From Bacteroidales bacterium (GTDB lineage: Bacteria; Bacteroidota; Bacteroidia; Bacteroidales; BM520), in assembly GCA_028707815.1 (NCBI GenBank), contig JAQWAE010000010.1, positions 1,173-65,172 of the forward strand: a DNA stretch of 64,000 bases. Reading direction: 5' to 3'. Position 1 is the stretch's first letter. Each line of letters opens with the position of its first letter. The notes below the pieces were generated by a model. It was not told the origin of the DNA, ran no database searches, and saw nothing but the letters and a program-made list of their open reading frames with translations. A program made the position numbers and the translations under genes. This document shows, one piece after another, positions 8,689-17,887 of the stretch.

Positions 8689-9674
8689 AGCAGCGGATAA
8701 TCAGGAACATGCGAGCGTAACAAGTTATAGCATACGTTTGCACTGTCGGTATTGCCGGATAGTTCGGCACAATATCCGAGATTGTATAGAGCATCATTAA
8801 AACCTTCATCAAGTTGATAAGCCTTATTGAACCATACGGCAGCTGAGTCGAATTGTAATTTTTCCGTCAAATAAATATATCCGATATTAAAAGCCGCTAT
8901 TTTATTATTTTTATCTGAATTAAAAGACGAAACGAAAAGAGGAAAAGCTTTTTCATAATCTTCTTTTAGCTGAAAATAAACGCCGTATAAAAACAATGCT
9001 TTGGAGTTATTTTTATCTATAGTCAACACATTATCGAGGTATTGTGGAACCAAATCGGAGTTTAAATCCATATATACGACAGCTAATTGGAGATAAGCCG
9101 GAATAAAATTATTATCTACCTGAGTAGCGGATTGGAAATCAGCGATGGCGGCAGTAGTATCGTTTTGCAGCATAGCCATTTGTCCGAGTACAAAATAAGA
9201 CTGTGGATTATTCGGATTTAGTTTAATAGATTTTCTAAGGTAGCCGTCCGCCAAAACAAACTCTCCGACTAAGAAATAGTGTTTACCCTTAGCATAACAC
9301 ACTGTATAATCTTGATTATCAATATTTTCTGCTTTATTCAAGGCAAATTGGGCTTCATTAGTTTTTCCGAGTACAAAATATATATCTGAGAGCAGCAGCA
9401 AGTCGGGTATATTATCGCCATTAATTTGCAGAGCATTTGATATATCATAGAAAGCGTCAATAAATTTTGCATTATCATAATATTTAGCTGCGCGCAAAGA
9501 ATACCATTTACCATTTAGAGAATCTCTTTGTATCAGGCTGTCAAGTTGTTGCACTGAAAGACTTTGTTGCTGATTATCAGCAGTTTCAGTATGAGCAGAG
9601 TTATTTTGTATATTATTGCAGGCTGATAACAGGACGGCAATGACGAGTGGAATAAAAAATAGGCGACAGGGCAT
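8676..9674 (-). CDS. TPR-repeat lipoprotein
   Basis: It has a signal peptide with a lipobox (VIAVLLSAC) and multiple 34-aa TPR-like units (for example AKYYDNAKFIDAFYDISNALQING). Confidence 0.75.
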   Translation of the reverse strand: MPCRLFFIPLVIAVLLSACNNIQNNSAHTETADNQQQSLSVQQLDSLIQRDSLNGKWYSLRAAKYYDNAKFIDAFYDISNALQINGDNIPDLLLLSDIYFVLGKTNEAQFALNKAENIDNQDYTVCYAKGKHYFLVGEFVLADGYLRKSIKLNPNNPQSYFVLGQMAMLQNDTTAAIADFQSATQVDNNFIPAYLQLAVVYMDLNSDLVPQYLDNVLTIDKNNSKALFLYGVYFQLKEDYEKAFPLFVSSFNSDKNNKIAAFNIGYIYLTEKLQFDSAAVWFNKAYQLDEGFNDALYNLGYCAELSGNTDSANVCYNLLRSHVPDYPLLDNE

Positions 9675-9707
9675 GAGTAATGTTTAATGTTTATGTTTAT
9701 TTTAGTA

Positions 9708-9744
9708 ATGGCGTATGCGATAAGGGCGTATGCGATACGCCCTT
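9708..9744. repeat. Inverted copy (M3) of the palindrome module: AAGGGCGTAT-gcg-ATACGCCCTT with a 13-nt direct duplication ggcgtatgcgata
   Basis: The 10-bp arms lie at 9722-9731 and 9735-9744 and begin 2 nt after the recA stop (9747-9749). Its reverse complement aligns with M2, including the catacgccatta tail. Confidence 0.85.
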
Positions 9745-9746
9745 AC

Positions 9747-10748
9747 TTACTCGGGTACAATTTCTTTCAATTTAGCTTCGAGTTCGGCGACTAAGTCGGG
9801 GTTATCGGCAAGTATTTGGATAACGGCATCTCTGCCCTGTCCTAATTTAGTATCGCCGAAGCTGAACCACGAGCCGCTTTTTTTGATGAAGTTATTAAGT
9901 ACGGCGATATCAAGGAGTTCGCCCATACGGGAGATACCTTTACCGAAAAGCACGTCAAACTCTGCGACTTTGAAAGGTGGAGCCACTTTATTTTTAACCA
10001 CTTTAACTTTCACGCGATTACCAATTACGTTATCGCCGTCTTTAATTTGGGATACTTTTCTGATGTCAAGTCGTACAGATGCGTAGAATTTCAGGGCGTT
10101 ACCGCCGGTAGTAGTTTCGGGGTTACCGAACATGATGCCTATTTTTTCTCTAAGTTGGTTAATAAACACGCAGCAGCAGCCTGTTTTAGAGATAGTTGCT
10201 GTCAATTTACGTAAAGCTTGAGACATCAGGCGGGCGTGTAGTCCGAGTTTATTTTCGCCCATTTCGCCTTCTATTTCGCTTTTAGGTGTCAGTGCAGCAA
10301 CCGAGTCGATAACTATAATATCTATTGAACCTGAGCGAATTAAGGCATCAGCTATTTCGAGGGCTTGTTCGCCGCAATCCGGTTGGGAGACTAAAAGATT
10401 TTCGATGTCGACACCAAGTTTTTGGGCATAAAATCTATCAAAAGCGTGTTCGGCATCAATAAAAGCGGCGATGCCGCCTGCCATCTGAGCTTGAGCTATT
10501 GCGTGTAAAGCTAAAGTTGTTTTACCTGAAGATTCCGGTCCATAGATTTCGATAACACGCCCTTTAGGATAGCCATTAACGCCGAGTGCCATATCCAAAC
10601 CTATTGACCCTGATGGGATTACCGGTATTTTTTCGACTACGGCATCGCCTAATTTCATCACGGAACCTTTTCCGTAAGTTTTCTCGATTCTATCGAGAGT
10701 AAGCTGTAAAGCTTTTAATTTGTCTGAATTATTTTCTGTATCTTTCAT
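9747..10748 (-). CDS. recA: Recombinase A
   Basis: It has the Walker A motif [12 protein letters not shown], plus FIDAEHA and IVIDSVAAL, and full-length RecA-like sequence. Confidence 0.97.
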   Translation of the reverse strand: MKDTENNSDKLKALQLTLDRIEKTYGKGSVMKLGDAVVEKIPVIPSGSIGLDMALGVNGYPKGRVIEIYGPESSGKTTLALHAIAQAQMAGGIAAFIDAEHAFDRFYAQKLGVDIENLLVSQPDCGEQALEIADALIRSGSIDIIVIDSVAALTPKSEIEGEMGENKLGLHARLMSQALRKLTATISKTGCCCVFINQLREKIGIMFGNPETTTGGNALKFYASVRLDIRKVSQIKDGDNVIGNRVKVKVVKNKVAPPFKVAEFDVLFGKGISRMGELLDIAVLNNFIKKSGSWFSFGDTKLGQGRDAVIQILADNPDLVAELEAKLKEIVPE

Positions 10749-10816
10749 ATAACATATATTTCCTATATATCAAAAACAAGACGAAATGTCCTGTTTTTTT
10801 TGAAAAAAATTTTCTA

Positions 10817-10824
10817 CAAATGTA
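10817..10824 (-). promoter_or_regulatory. Candidate -7 box (TAcaTTTG) for recA
   Basis: The plus strand reads CAAATGTA, about 70 nt upstream of the recA ATG. Confidence 0.4.
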
Positions 10825-10886
10825 ATAAAAAAATCCGATTAGCGGCAAAGTGATAAAAAAAATAATCCGGTATGGTCAATGGGAAG

Positions 10887-11113
10887 ATTAATTAGCATTG
10901 CGAAAATACAAAAAAGAATTGAGAATTTCTTATTTTACTTTTTATGATTAAAAAAGTAACAAAAAAGTCTTCTGCATTGTTGCTTTGCAACAATTTTGGG
11001 TTTGTCTTATCAGCTTATAAATTTCCTGACATTGTCCCGAATTGGTTGCATGTTTATAATTGGTAAACAATAATTTTGTCATAACCATGCTTTGTTCCGC
11101 GGGGGGACAATAG
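10887..11113. repeat. Dispersed structured intergenic repeat, copy 1 (about 227 bp)
   Basis: By eye it aligns with few mismatches and a few indels to 17515-17770. Shared hairpins are ttactttt..aaaagtaa and attgttgc-ttt-gcaacaat. Confidence 0.8.
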
Positions 11114-11135
11114 TTCGGCAGCCGGTAATTTGACA

Positions 11136-11789
11136 CTACACAACGGGGTGATTCACAGCGAAATAATCACAAGCTGAAGATACTGAGCAATTCCGGCAAT
11201 TAGGGGAAGAAGCCTTACAGCAGTATCGACCATGTAATAACAGCCAATGATGGGCATTTGGTATAACTTCGTCAGGGAATAAGGCTGTCAGTTGTTCTTC
11301 GGTTTTCAGAGGTGTTTTGGCATTAGCGATGCCTATACGGTTAGCCACACGAAACACGTGGGTATCAACTGCAAAATAAGGCATGCCGAAAGCGACAGAG
11401 CAGATGACATTAGCAGTTTTACGACCTATGCCTGGGAGGGTACAAAGTTGATCTCTGTCATTAGGAAGAGTGCCGTTATAATCTTTAACGACTGTTTTAG
11501 CGAGGTTGATTAGATTTTTAGACTTGTTATTCGGATAAGTACATGATTTAATAAGCTGAAACACATCATTTTGAGATGCTGATGCGAGGGCAAAAAAATC
11601 GGTATATTTATCGAACAGTGGTGGTGTAATAATATTGACCCGCTTATCGGTACACTGAGCGGAGAGTACGACAGCAACAGTAAGTTGATATATATCAAGA
11701 TAACTTAGTTCACTTTTCGGGTTTGGCATTGTACAAGAAAAGTAATCTATTAAAAGAGCAACTTTTTGCTGAACGGTTTGTTTATGCAT
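11136..11789 (-). CDS. nth: Endonuclease III (DNA glycosylase / AP lyase)
   Basis: It has the HhH-GPD motif LPGIGRKTANV, a catalytic Asp region (VDTHVFRV) and a C-terminal 4Fe-4S cluster loop CKASSPNCRNCSVSSAC. Confidence 0.92.
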   Translation of the reverse strand: MHKQTVQQKVALLIDYFSCTMPNPKSELSYLDIYQLTVAVVLSAQCTDKRVNIITPPLFDKYTDFFALASASQNDVFQLIKSCTYPNNKSKNLINLAKTVVKDYNGTLPNDRDQLCTLPGIGRKTANVICSVAFGMPYFAVDTHVFRVANRIGIANAKTPLKTEEQLTALFPDEVIPNAHHWLLLHGRYCCKASSPNCRNCSVSSACDYFAVNHPVV

Positions 11790-12279
11790 AGCTTTATAAA
11801 GTAGAATTTCTCAATTGCATTAATTGAGCAGATAGAAACAAGATTCTGAGAGGTTTCTAATCAGCAATTGACAGCGGGCGAAAACAAAGACATTAGTCAC
11901 GGCATCTTTGCTGACGTGAGTTGTATTTTTAACGCTTTGACGTAATTGGCTTTCATGGCATTTACAATCATCTGTAATAAATAAATGTTTTTTCAGGCGT
12001 AAATTTTTCTTCATACAATAAAATTAATTAGAACTTTTAGAAAGAAACGTAATAATACTAATTAAAATTGCATATCAGAAGAAAAAAAACGAACGAACCA
12101 ACGGTATATTAAAACAGACACAAAAACCTTATATAGATTAAGGTATGAGAATAACTCACATGCAGGAGAATGTTCCCGACACTCCGCATTAAATCTCATT
12201 CATATAGACATGCCGTCCAAATTGCAACAAACGACATGATGTAAAATAAAACGTTACGACATCGAACGACACCAAGCAA

Positions 12280-12870
12280 TTAATTATTCCACACAGATAT
12301 TTTACGCTCGTCTATAATTTTTCGCATATTGATGATTGCATATCTCATTCGACCGAGTGCTGTATTAATACTCACATCTGTCAATGCTGCAATATCTTTA
12401 AAGCTCATATTACAATAATGTCTTAATTTAACGACTTCCGACTGTTCTACAGGTAACATTTCCACGAGTTTCATCATTTGGTCTTCGGATTGCAACCGTA
12501 TCATACTACTTTCGGTAGAATCTACAAAGCATTCGGAACTATCTGCCAATTTTTCGACAGGGACTTCTACGTCAACGCCGGACCTTTTATCCTTCCTATA
12601 GTAATCTATAATAAGATTATGAGCAATTCTGTTTATCCATCTGATAAACTTACCTTCTTCTTTATACACTCCAACTTTTAGAGTTTGGACAACCTTAATA
12701 AAGGTTTCCTGAAAAATGTCATCAGCCAAGAAGTCATCTTTCACCACCATCAAAATATAGGAATAGACCTTACTTTTATAACGGTTAATTAAGACTTCGA
12801 CACTATGCACATCGCCTGCGGCATAACGTGCAATTAACTCATCATCAGAAAATTTTTTATAAACATCCAT
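12280..12870 (-). CDS. ECF-type sigma-70 family RNA polymerase sigma factor
   Basis: Region 2 is DDIFQETFIKV..WINRIAHNLIIDYYRK and the region 4 HTH is MSFKDIAALTDVSINTALGRMRYA. The start could be 12891 or 12870. Confidence 0.85.
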   Translation of the reverse strand: MDVYKKFSDDELIARYAAGDVHSVEVLINRYKSKVYSYILMVVKDDFLADDIFQETFIKVVQTLKVGVYKEEGKFIRWINRIAHNLIIDYYRKDKRSGVDVEVPVEKLADSSECFVDSTESSMIRLQSEDQMMKLVEMLPVEQSEVVKLRHYCNMSFKDIAALTDVSINTALGRMRYAIINMRKIIDERKISVWNN

Positions 12871-13181
12871 CGATTTTACAATTAAAAACAATTGTAATCT
12901 TTTTTTCTATAATCCTCCTTTTTAGGTTCAACAATCATTTTACAAAAACAATAACGCATTTTATTAGTCTTCACGCAGCAAAAGTAATAAAAATTTTTGT
13001 ATTCTCTTTATCTTATGCGATTTTTTTTGTTTATTCTTTTTAACAATTTTTTTAACAACGCTAACACTGGTATTCATTTGATTATCAACGATATAAACGT
13101 TGTTTTTGCTCATTTTAGCACAATATTAAAATCACTGATTACAAATTTTTTGTAATAATCGATTTAAAAACGGCAAAAACG

Positions 13182-14393
13182 TCACTCAAAATTAATAGAT
13201 TTAACAGGATTAACATTTGAAATAAATTTTACCGGCAGCATCATCATAGTGATACAAGTTAGCAAAGTAAGCAAATTTACGAGGCAAAAGTCTAAAAAGT
13301 TTATCTGCACAGGCACTGTACTGACGTAATAAGTTTCTTGCGGCAAAGAGATAATGCCCCATTTAATTTGGATAAAAGACAATGTCAGTGCGATAGCATC
13401 TCCGATAATGACACCTATAATTGTAAGGTATGCCGATTTATACAGAAATATTTTTTGTAATCCTGTATTTCGCATGCCAACAGCTTTCAGGATACCTATC
13501 ATAGAAGTTTTTTCAATAATAATAATCAGCATAACAGATATCATAGTTATGATGCATACGACAATCATAACGGTCAGCAAAACAGCCACGTTAACATCTT
13601 GGAGGTCTAACCAGTCAAATACTTGCGGATTAACATCATACATAGTTTGCACGTTGCAATAATATGGCAGCATAGTAGTTATAGTTTTTGAGACATTTTC
13701 AATTTTAGGCAGGGAAGACACGAAAACCTCGTAGCCGCCGACTGTATTATCCTGCCATTTATTCAATTTTCTGACATGATTAATATCAACGAGGACGAAC
13801 ATTTTATCATAATCTGAGAATCCGGATTCGTATATTGCTGAGACGACAAATTTTCGTGCAAGAGGTTGTTGATTTTGGAGAAAATAAGCTTCTATTTTAT
13901 CATAGAGGTGAATATTCAGTTTATCGGCGATTATTTTTGACACAACGACAGAATCGTTTAAAGAGGAATTGAAGGAAGGGAAGTTACCTTCTATAATTTT
14001 ACCGGAGAAGCAGGAGCGGCAGAAGTCGGAGCCTACACCTTTAAACATTACGCCCTCTATAATATCATTTGTTTTAATAACGCCGGTGATATTTGCGAAA
14101 GACTGTAAAAACGATACGCCCGGGACATTACGAATTGCGTTCAAAGTATCCGGTGACAAAAAGATATTTTCGGTAGTCCACGCATCGGTATAGCCGGATA
14201 TTTGTACATTACCGACAAAACCTGACACTTTATATTCTATTTGGTGTTTAAATCCTCTGATAATAAACAGTGAAAGCAGCATTACCACCACACCCACAGC
14301 CACAGTACCTACGGCAATTTTCAAAACATTAGCCGAATAATTTTTTTTATTACCGGTAATAATTCGTTTTGAGATAAATAAATAAGGGTTCAT
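13182..14393 (-). CDS. FtsX-like ABC transporter permease (LolC/LolE-like)
   Basis: It has an N-terminal TM helix, a MacB-type periplasmic domain and a C-terminal FtsX 3-TM bundle (IGILKAVGMRN). The start at the internal Met MNPYLFISKRI is preferred. Confidence 0.8.
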   Translation of the reverse strand: MNPYLFISKRIITGNKKNYSANVLKIAVGTVAVGVVVMLLSLFIIRGFKHQIEYKVSGFVGNVQISGYTDAWTTENIFLSPDTLNAIRNVPGVSFLQSFANITGVIKTNDIIEGVMFKGVGSDFCRSCFSGKIIEGNFPSFNSSLNDSVVVSKIIADKLNIHLYDKIEAYFLQNQQPLARKFVVSAIYESGFSDYDKMFVLVDINHVRKLNKWQDNTVGGYEVFVSSLPKIENVSKTITTMLPYYCNVQTMYDVNPQVFDWLDLQDVNVAVLLTVMIVVCIITMISVMLIIIIEKTSMIGILKAVGMRNTGLQKIFLYKSAYLTIIGVIIGDAIALTLSFIQIKWGIISLPQETYYVSTVPVQINFLDFCLVNLLTLLTCITMMMLPVKFISNVNPVKSINFE

Positions 14394-14465
14394 AAGATGT
14401 ACTAATATATATAAGGTATAATTTCGGCATAATTGCTTTGCTGCCATATATTATATAAGGATAAA

Positions 14466-15653
14466 TCAATCATACAAAAGATATTTCTTTCGAATCAATA
14501 AAAAATCATTTATGTCGTTCTGCCATGAACTTCGGATTTGTTCTTCGGTAAGACCGGCTTCTATTTGTGTTCTCAGTTGGTCGGTGCCGGCAAGTTTATC
14601 GAAGAATGGTATAAAGAATGTGCTTTTATCTTTCAATTTATTATAGCATTTTATGATAATATCAACATTAATTTTGTCTTGAAACTCGGTATCTTTCTCA
14701 TAATCAAAGGCATAGCCATAGCACAATTGGTTCATAAGTTTAGGATTTGGTGCGGCGGTAACAGATTTCGGAGTAAAAGATATTTCGCCGTCATCGATAT
14801 CTGGGTATCCTATAACTTCGAATGGTGTATTGGTGCCTCTACCCACCGACATGCAAGTACCTTCAAAGAAGCAGAGGCTTGGGTACAATTTGACGGCGTT
14901 CATATTTGGCAGATTAGGCGAAGGGTTTACGGGTAATTTATATTTAGTTTTATGTGTATAATTAAGTAGAGGTATCACTGTAAGGTTAAGTTGTTTTGAT
15001 GAATTGGGCAACCAATGTTCACCATTTACCATGAGGGCATATTCGCCGATAGTCATGCCATAGACAGCGGGTATACGGTACATTCCTACGAAAGACGCAT
15101 AATCTTTATGAAGTGTCGGACCATCTATAAAAGAGGCATTAGGGTTAGGTCTGTCGAGTACGACAAGTGGTATATTAAGTTCTTGGCATGCTTCCATCAC
15201 ATAAGCGAGGGTAGATATATAAGTATAGAAGCGTGTACCTACGTCTTGCAGATCAAAGATAACGATATCAACATTGGAGAGTTGTGTTTTTGAAGGTTTT
15301 TTATTTACGCCGTAGAGGGAGCATATTTTCAGGTTTGTTTTAGGGTCTATAGAATTTTTCACGGCGTCGCCGGCAGCTGTTTCACCGCGGAAGCCGTGTT
15401 CGGGGCTAAAAATTGTCTGTATATTAAATCCCGAAAGGAGTAAAGAATCTACGAGGTGGGTATGATTTATAAGGGAGGTATGATTAACGACAAGTCCGAT
15501 TTTTTTATTTTGGCACAGATGAAAATACAAGTCGGTTCTTTCGGCACCAACCACAACATTTGGTTGAGCTGCCAAAAGAACCGGCAGTACAAGTAATAAA
15601 ATAAGAAGACAATATTTTAATAATACTTTCAACTCATACAAACATTTATTCAA
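14466..15653 (-). CDS. DUF1343 family protein (NamZ-like exo-beta-N-acetylmuramidase)
   Basis: It has a signal peptide followed by IGLVVNHTS, FSPEHGFRG and DLQDVGTRFYTY, all typical of DUF1343. Confidence 0.8.
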   Translation of the reverse strand: MNKCLYELKVLLKYCLLILLLVLPVLLAAQPNVVVGAERTDLYFHLCQNKKIGLVVNHTSLINHTHLVDSLLLSGFNIQTIFSPEHGFRGETAAGDAVKNSIDPKTNLKICSLYGVNKKPSKTQLSNVDIVIFDLQDVGTRFYTYISTLAYVMEACQELNIPLVVLDRPNPNASFIDGPTLHKDYASFVGMYRIPAVYGMTIGEYALMVNGEHWLPNSSKQLNLTVIPLLNYTHKTKYKLPVNPSPNLPNMNAVKLYPSLCFFEGTCMSVGRGTNTPFEVIGYPDIDDGEISFTPKSVTAAPNPKLMNQLCYGYAFDYEKDTEFQDKINVDIIIKCYNKLKDKSTFFIPFFDKLAGTDQLRTQIEAGLTEEQIRSSWQNDINDFLLIRKKYLLYD

Positions 15654-16848
15654 TAGTTCTACCCGGATAAACTTTGAGAGCTGCTTTCAGGCAGTCCATA
15701 GCTTTTGCGAGGTCATTAACATTAAGGACATAGCTTATTCTGACTTCGTTTTTCCCTGATTCGGGTGTTGAATAGAAGCCGGTAGCCGGGGCGACCATAA
15801 CAGTTTCGCCATTAATTTGGAAATCTTCGAGCAGCCATTTAGCGAATTTATCGGCATCATCGATAGGCAATTTAGCGACTATATAAAAAGCGCCTTTAGG
15901 TTTAGGGCAGAAAGCGCCCTTCATATTATTAATAGCTTCATAGACAACATTTCTGCGGGCATCATATTCTTTAAGTACGGCATCAAAATACTCCGGTTTC
16001 ACAAATTGGCAAGCTTCTGCGGCAACTTGTCCAAAAGAAGGGGGACTGAGGCGGGCTTGAGCGAATTTGATAGCAGCTTTAATAACATCTTTATTTTTAG
16101 ACACCATACAGCCTACGCGAAAGCCACAAGCGGAGTAGCGTTTAGACACGCTGTCGAACAAGATGACATTATTTTCCAAGCCGGGCAGGTTCATGACAGA
16201 GTAATGTTTTTCGCCATCATAGCAAAATTCTCTATAAACTTCATCGGCAAAAATAAACAGGTCATATTTAAGAGCTAATTTTGCAAGTATTTCCAATTCT
16301 TCTTTAGAGTATAAGTATCCTGTGGGGTTATTAGGATTACAAATCATAATAGCCTTTGTTTTGGGAGTTATAACTTTTTCAAAATCAGCGGCGGGAGGCA
16401 GAGCGAAACCTGTTTCTATTTTTGAGACGATAGGTACGACTTTTATGCCGGAGCTATTTGCGAAGCCGTTGTAATTAGCATAAAAAGGTTCCGGTATAAT
16501 AATTTCGTCTTCATCGTCCAAGCAAGTTTGCATTGCGAACATGATAGCTTCGGAAGCACCTTCAGTAACAATGATGTCGTCGACAGTAACATCAATATTT
16601 ATTGACTTATAATAATCTACGAGTACTTTTCTATAAGATTCATTGCCGGCGGAGTTGCTATATGCGATAACTTTTTCATTATAATTTTTGAGTGCGTCAA
16701 GCATTACCTGCGGGGTAGCGATGTCAGGTTGACCGATATTCAGGTGATAAACTTTTACTCCACGTTTTTTAGCTGCGTCAGCGAATGGGACGAGTTTACG
16801 TATAGGAGATGCCGGCATTATTTCGGCTTTTTTTGATATTTTAGGCAT
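15646..16848 (-). CDS. PLP-dependent aminotransferase, class I/II (aspartate/alanine aminotransferase-like)
   Basis: It has LNIGQPD and NPNNPTG, plus the PLP-lysine motif SVSKRYSACGFRVG. It overlaps the downstream gene by 8 nt. Confidence 0.88.
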   Translation of the reverse strand: MPKISKKAEIMPASPIRKLVPFADAAKKRGVKVYHLNIGQPDIATPQVMLDALKNYNEKVIAYSNSAGNESYRKVLVDYYKSINIDVTVDDIIVTEGASEAIMFAMQTCLDDEDEIIIPEPFYANYNGFANSSGIKVVPIVSKIETGFALPPAADFEKVITPKTKAIMICNPNNPTGYLYSKEELEILAKLALKYDLFIFADEVYREFCYDGEKHYSVMNLPGLENNVILFDSVSKRYSACGFRVGCMVSKNKDVIKAAIKFAQARLSPPSFGQVAAEACQFVKPEYFDAVLKEYDARRNVVYEAINNMKGAFCPKPKGAFYIVAKLPIDDADKFAKWLLEDFQINGETVMVAPATGFYSTPESGKNEVRISYVLNVNDLAKAMDCLKAALKVYPGRTIE

Positions 16849-16859
16849 GATATTAAAGA

Positions 16860-17330
16860 TTATTGTTGATTAGGAGCTGCTACAGGAGAGGCAGAAGCGT
16901 CTATATTTTTCTCTATTGCACTTTCGGCTGTTTGTTTAAGCACTTCGCCTTTAATTCTCAGCACGACCGGGCTGTTAGAAGCATTAGAGGTGATAGTGAT
17001 AGTTTTGTTGATTTGACCTATTCTTTTAGTAGAATATTTAACTTTGATTTCGCTGGATTTTCCGGGCAATATCGGGGTTCTTGACCATGATGGGACGGTG
17101 CAGCCGCAAGAAGACTTTGCATTTGTTAAAATTAAAGGTTCTTTACCTGTATTAGTTACTGTAAACACACATTCTCCATCGCTATTTTCCATGATTTTGC
17201 CATAATCGTGAACGACTTTATCAAACTCCATATAAGGGGCATGAGAATTAGCTGATTCGTTTGCTTCCTGAGCGAATGTAAGTGTTGATATTAAACACAT
17301 TACAAACAAAAATACAATTGACTTTTTCAT
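16860..17330 (-). CDS. DUF1573 domain secreted protein
   Basis: It has a signal peptide and the SSCGCTVPSW motif characteristic of DUF1573. Confidence 0.75.
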   Translation of the reverse strand: MKKSIVFLFVMCLISTLTFAQEANESANSHAPYMEFDKVVHDYGKIMENSDGECVFTVTNTGKEPLILTNAKSSCGCTVPSWSRTPILPGKSSEIKVKYSTKRIGQINKTITITSNASNSPVVLRIKGEVLKQTAESAIEKNIDASASPVAAPNQQ

Positions 17331-17445
17331 CTTATAAAAATTTAATTATAATTTCAATTTATGGTGACTGTTATATAACAATGCCACCTTTATTGGTACT
17401 AATTAGCAGGTTGTATGTATCAACAACGATGCCAAAAAGGTGTTG

Positions 17446-17453
17446 CAAAGTTA
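17446..17453 (-). promoter_or_regulatory. Candidate -7 box (TAacTTTG) for the DUF1573 gene
   Basis: The plus strand reads CAAAGTTA, about 115 nt upstream of the ATG at 17330. Confidence 0.35.
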
Positions 17454-17514
17454 TAAAAAAAAAGAGAGAACGAGCGCATTTTAGTAAAAGAAATGCAAGA
17501 AATTATATTTCGTA

Positions 17515-17770
17515 GATTCATTAGCATTGCGAAAGTACAATAAAGATTTCTTCCTTTACTTTTTTATGATTAGAAAAGTAACAAAAAAGTCTTCCGTTGT
17601 GTCAAAACCACATCAGCCAAGGCGGGTCTGCATTGTTGCTTTGCAACAATTTTGGGTTTGCCTTATCAGTTTATAAATTCTCTGACATGACCCCGAAAGG
17701 GTCACATGTTTGTAATTGGTAAACAGCAATTTTGCCATAAACATGTTTTATCATGTAGGGACAAAAATAG
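17515..17770. repeat. Dispersed structured intergenic repeat, copy 2 (about 255 bp, carries an insertion of about 37 bp relative to copy 1)
   Basis: It aligns to 10887-11113. The extra segment is cgttgtgtcaaaaccacatcagccaaggcgggt. The third hairpin tgaccc-cgaaa-gggtca is intact here and degenerate in copy 1. Confidence 0.8.
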
Positions 17771-17814
17771 CGTGGTTGCAGAGACAACAGCATGCTGTGT
17801 TTATACAACCACGC
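17761..17814 (-). terminator. Intrinsic-terminator-like hairpin after the EF-G paralog
   Basis: A 9-bp stem gcgtggttg / caaccacgc (17770-17778 and 17806-17814) encloses the palindrome acagcatgctgt. On the minus strand it is followed by TATTTTTGT. Confidence 0.55.
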
Positions 17815-17887
17815 CAATAAGTTCTGTCATGCCAATAAACATTAAACGCATAGGCGTTAAAAGTTTTGGTTGGCAGCAACAATATTT

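Noticed and set aside
10948-11136. 62-aa ORF inside dispersed repeat copy 1 (and 17706..17939 in copy 2)
   Set aside because: The two copies differ by indels that destroy any common reading frame, and the ORFs lie on opposite strands in the two copies.
11820-12014. 64-aa ORF downstream of the sigma factor, considered as an anti-sigma factor
   Set aside because: It has no TM helix and no convincing zf-HC2 (HxxxCxxC) motif. It lies 265 nt from the sigma gene, and its composition looks non-coding. Confidence is too low to call.
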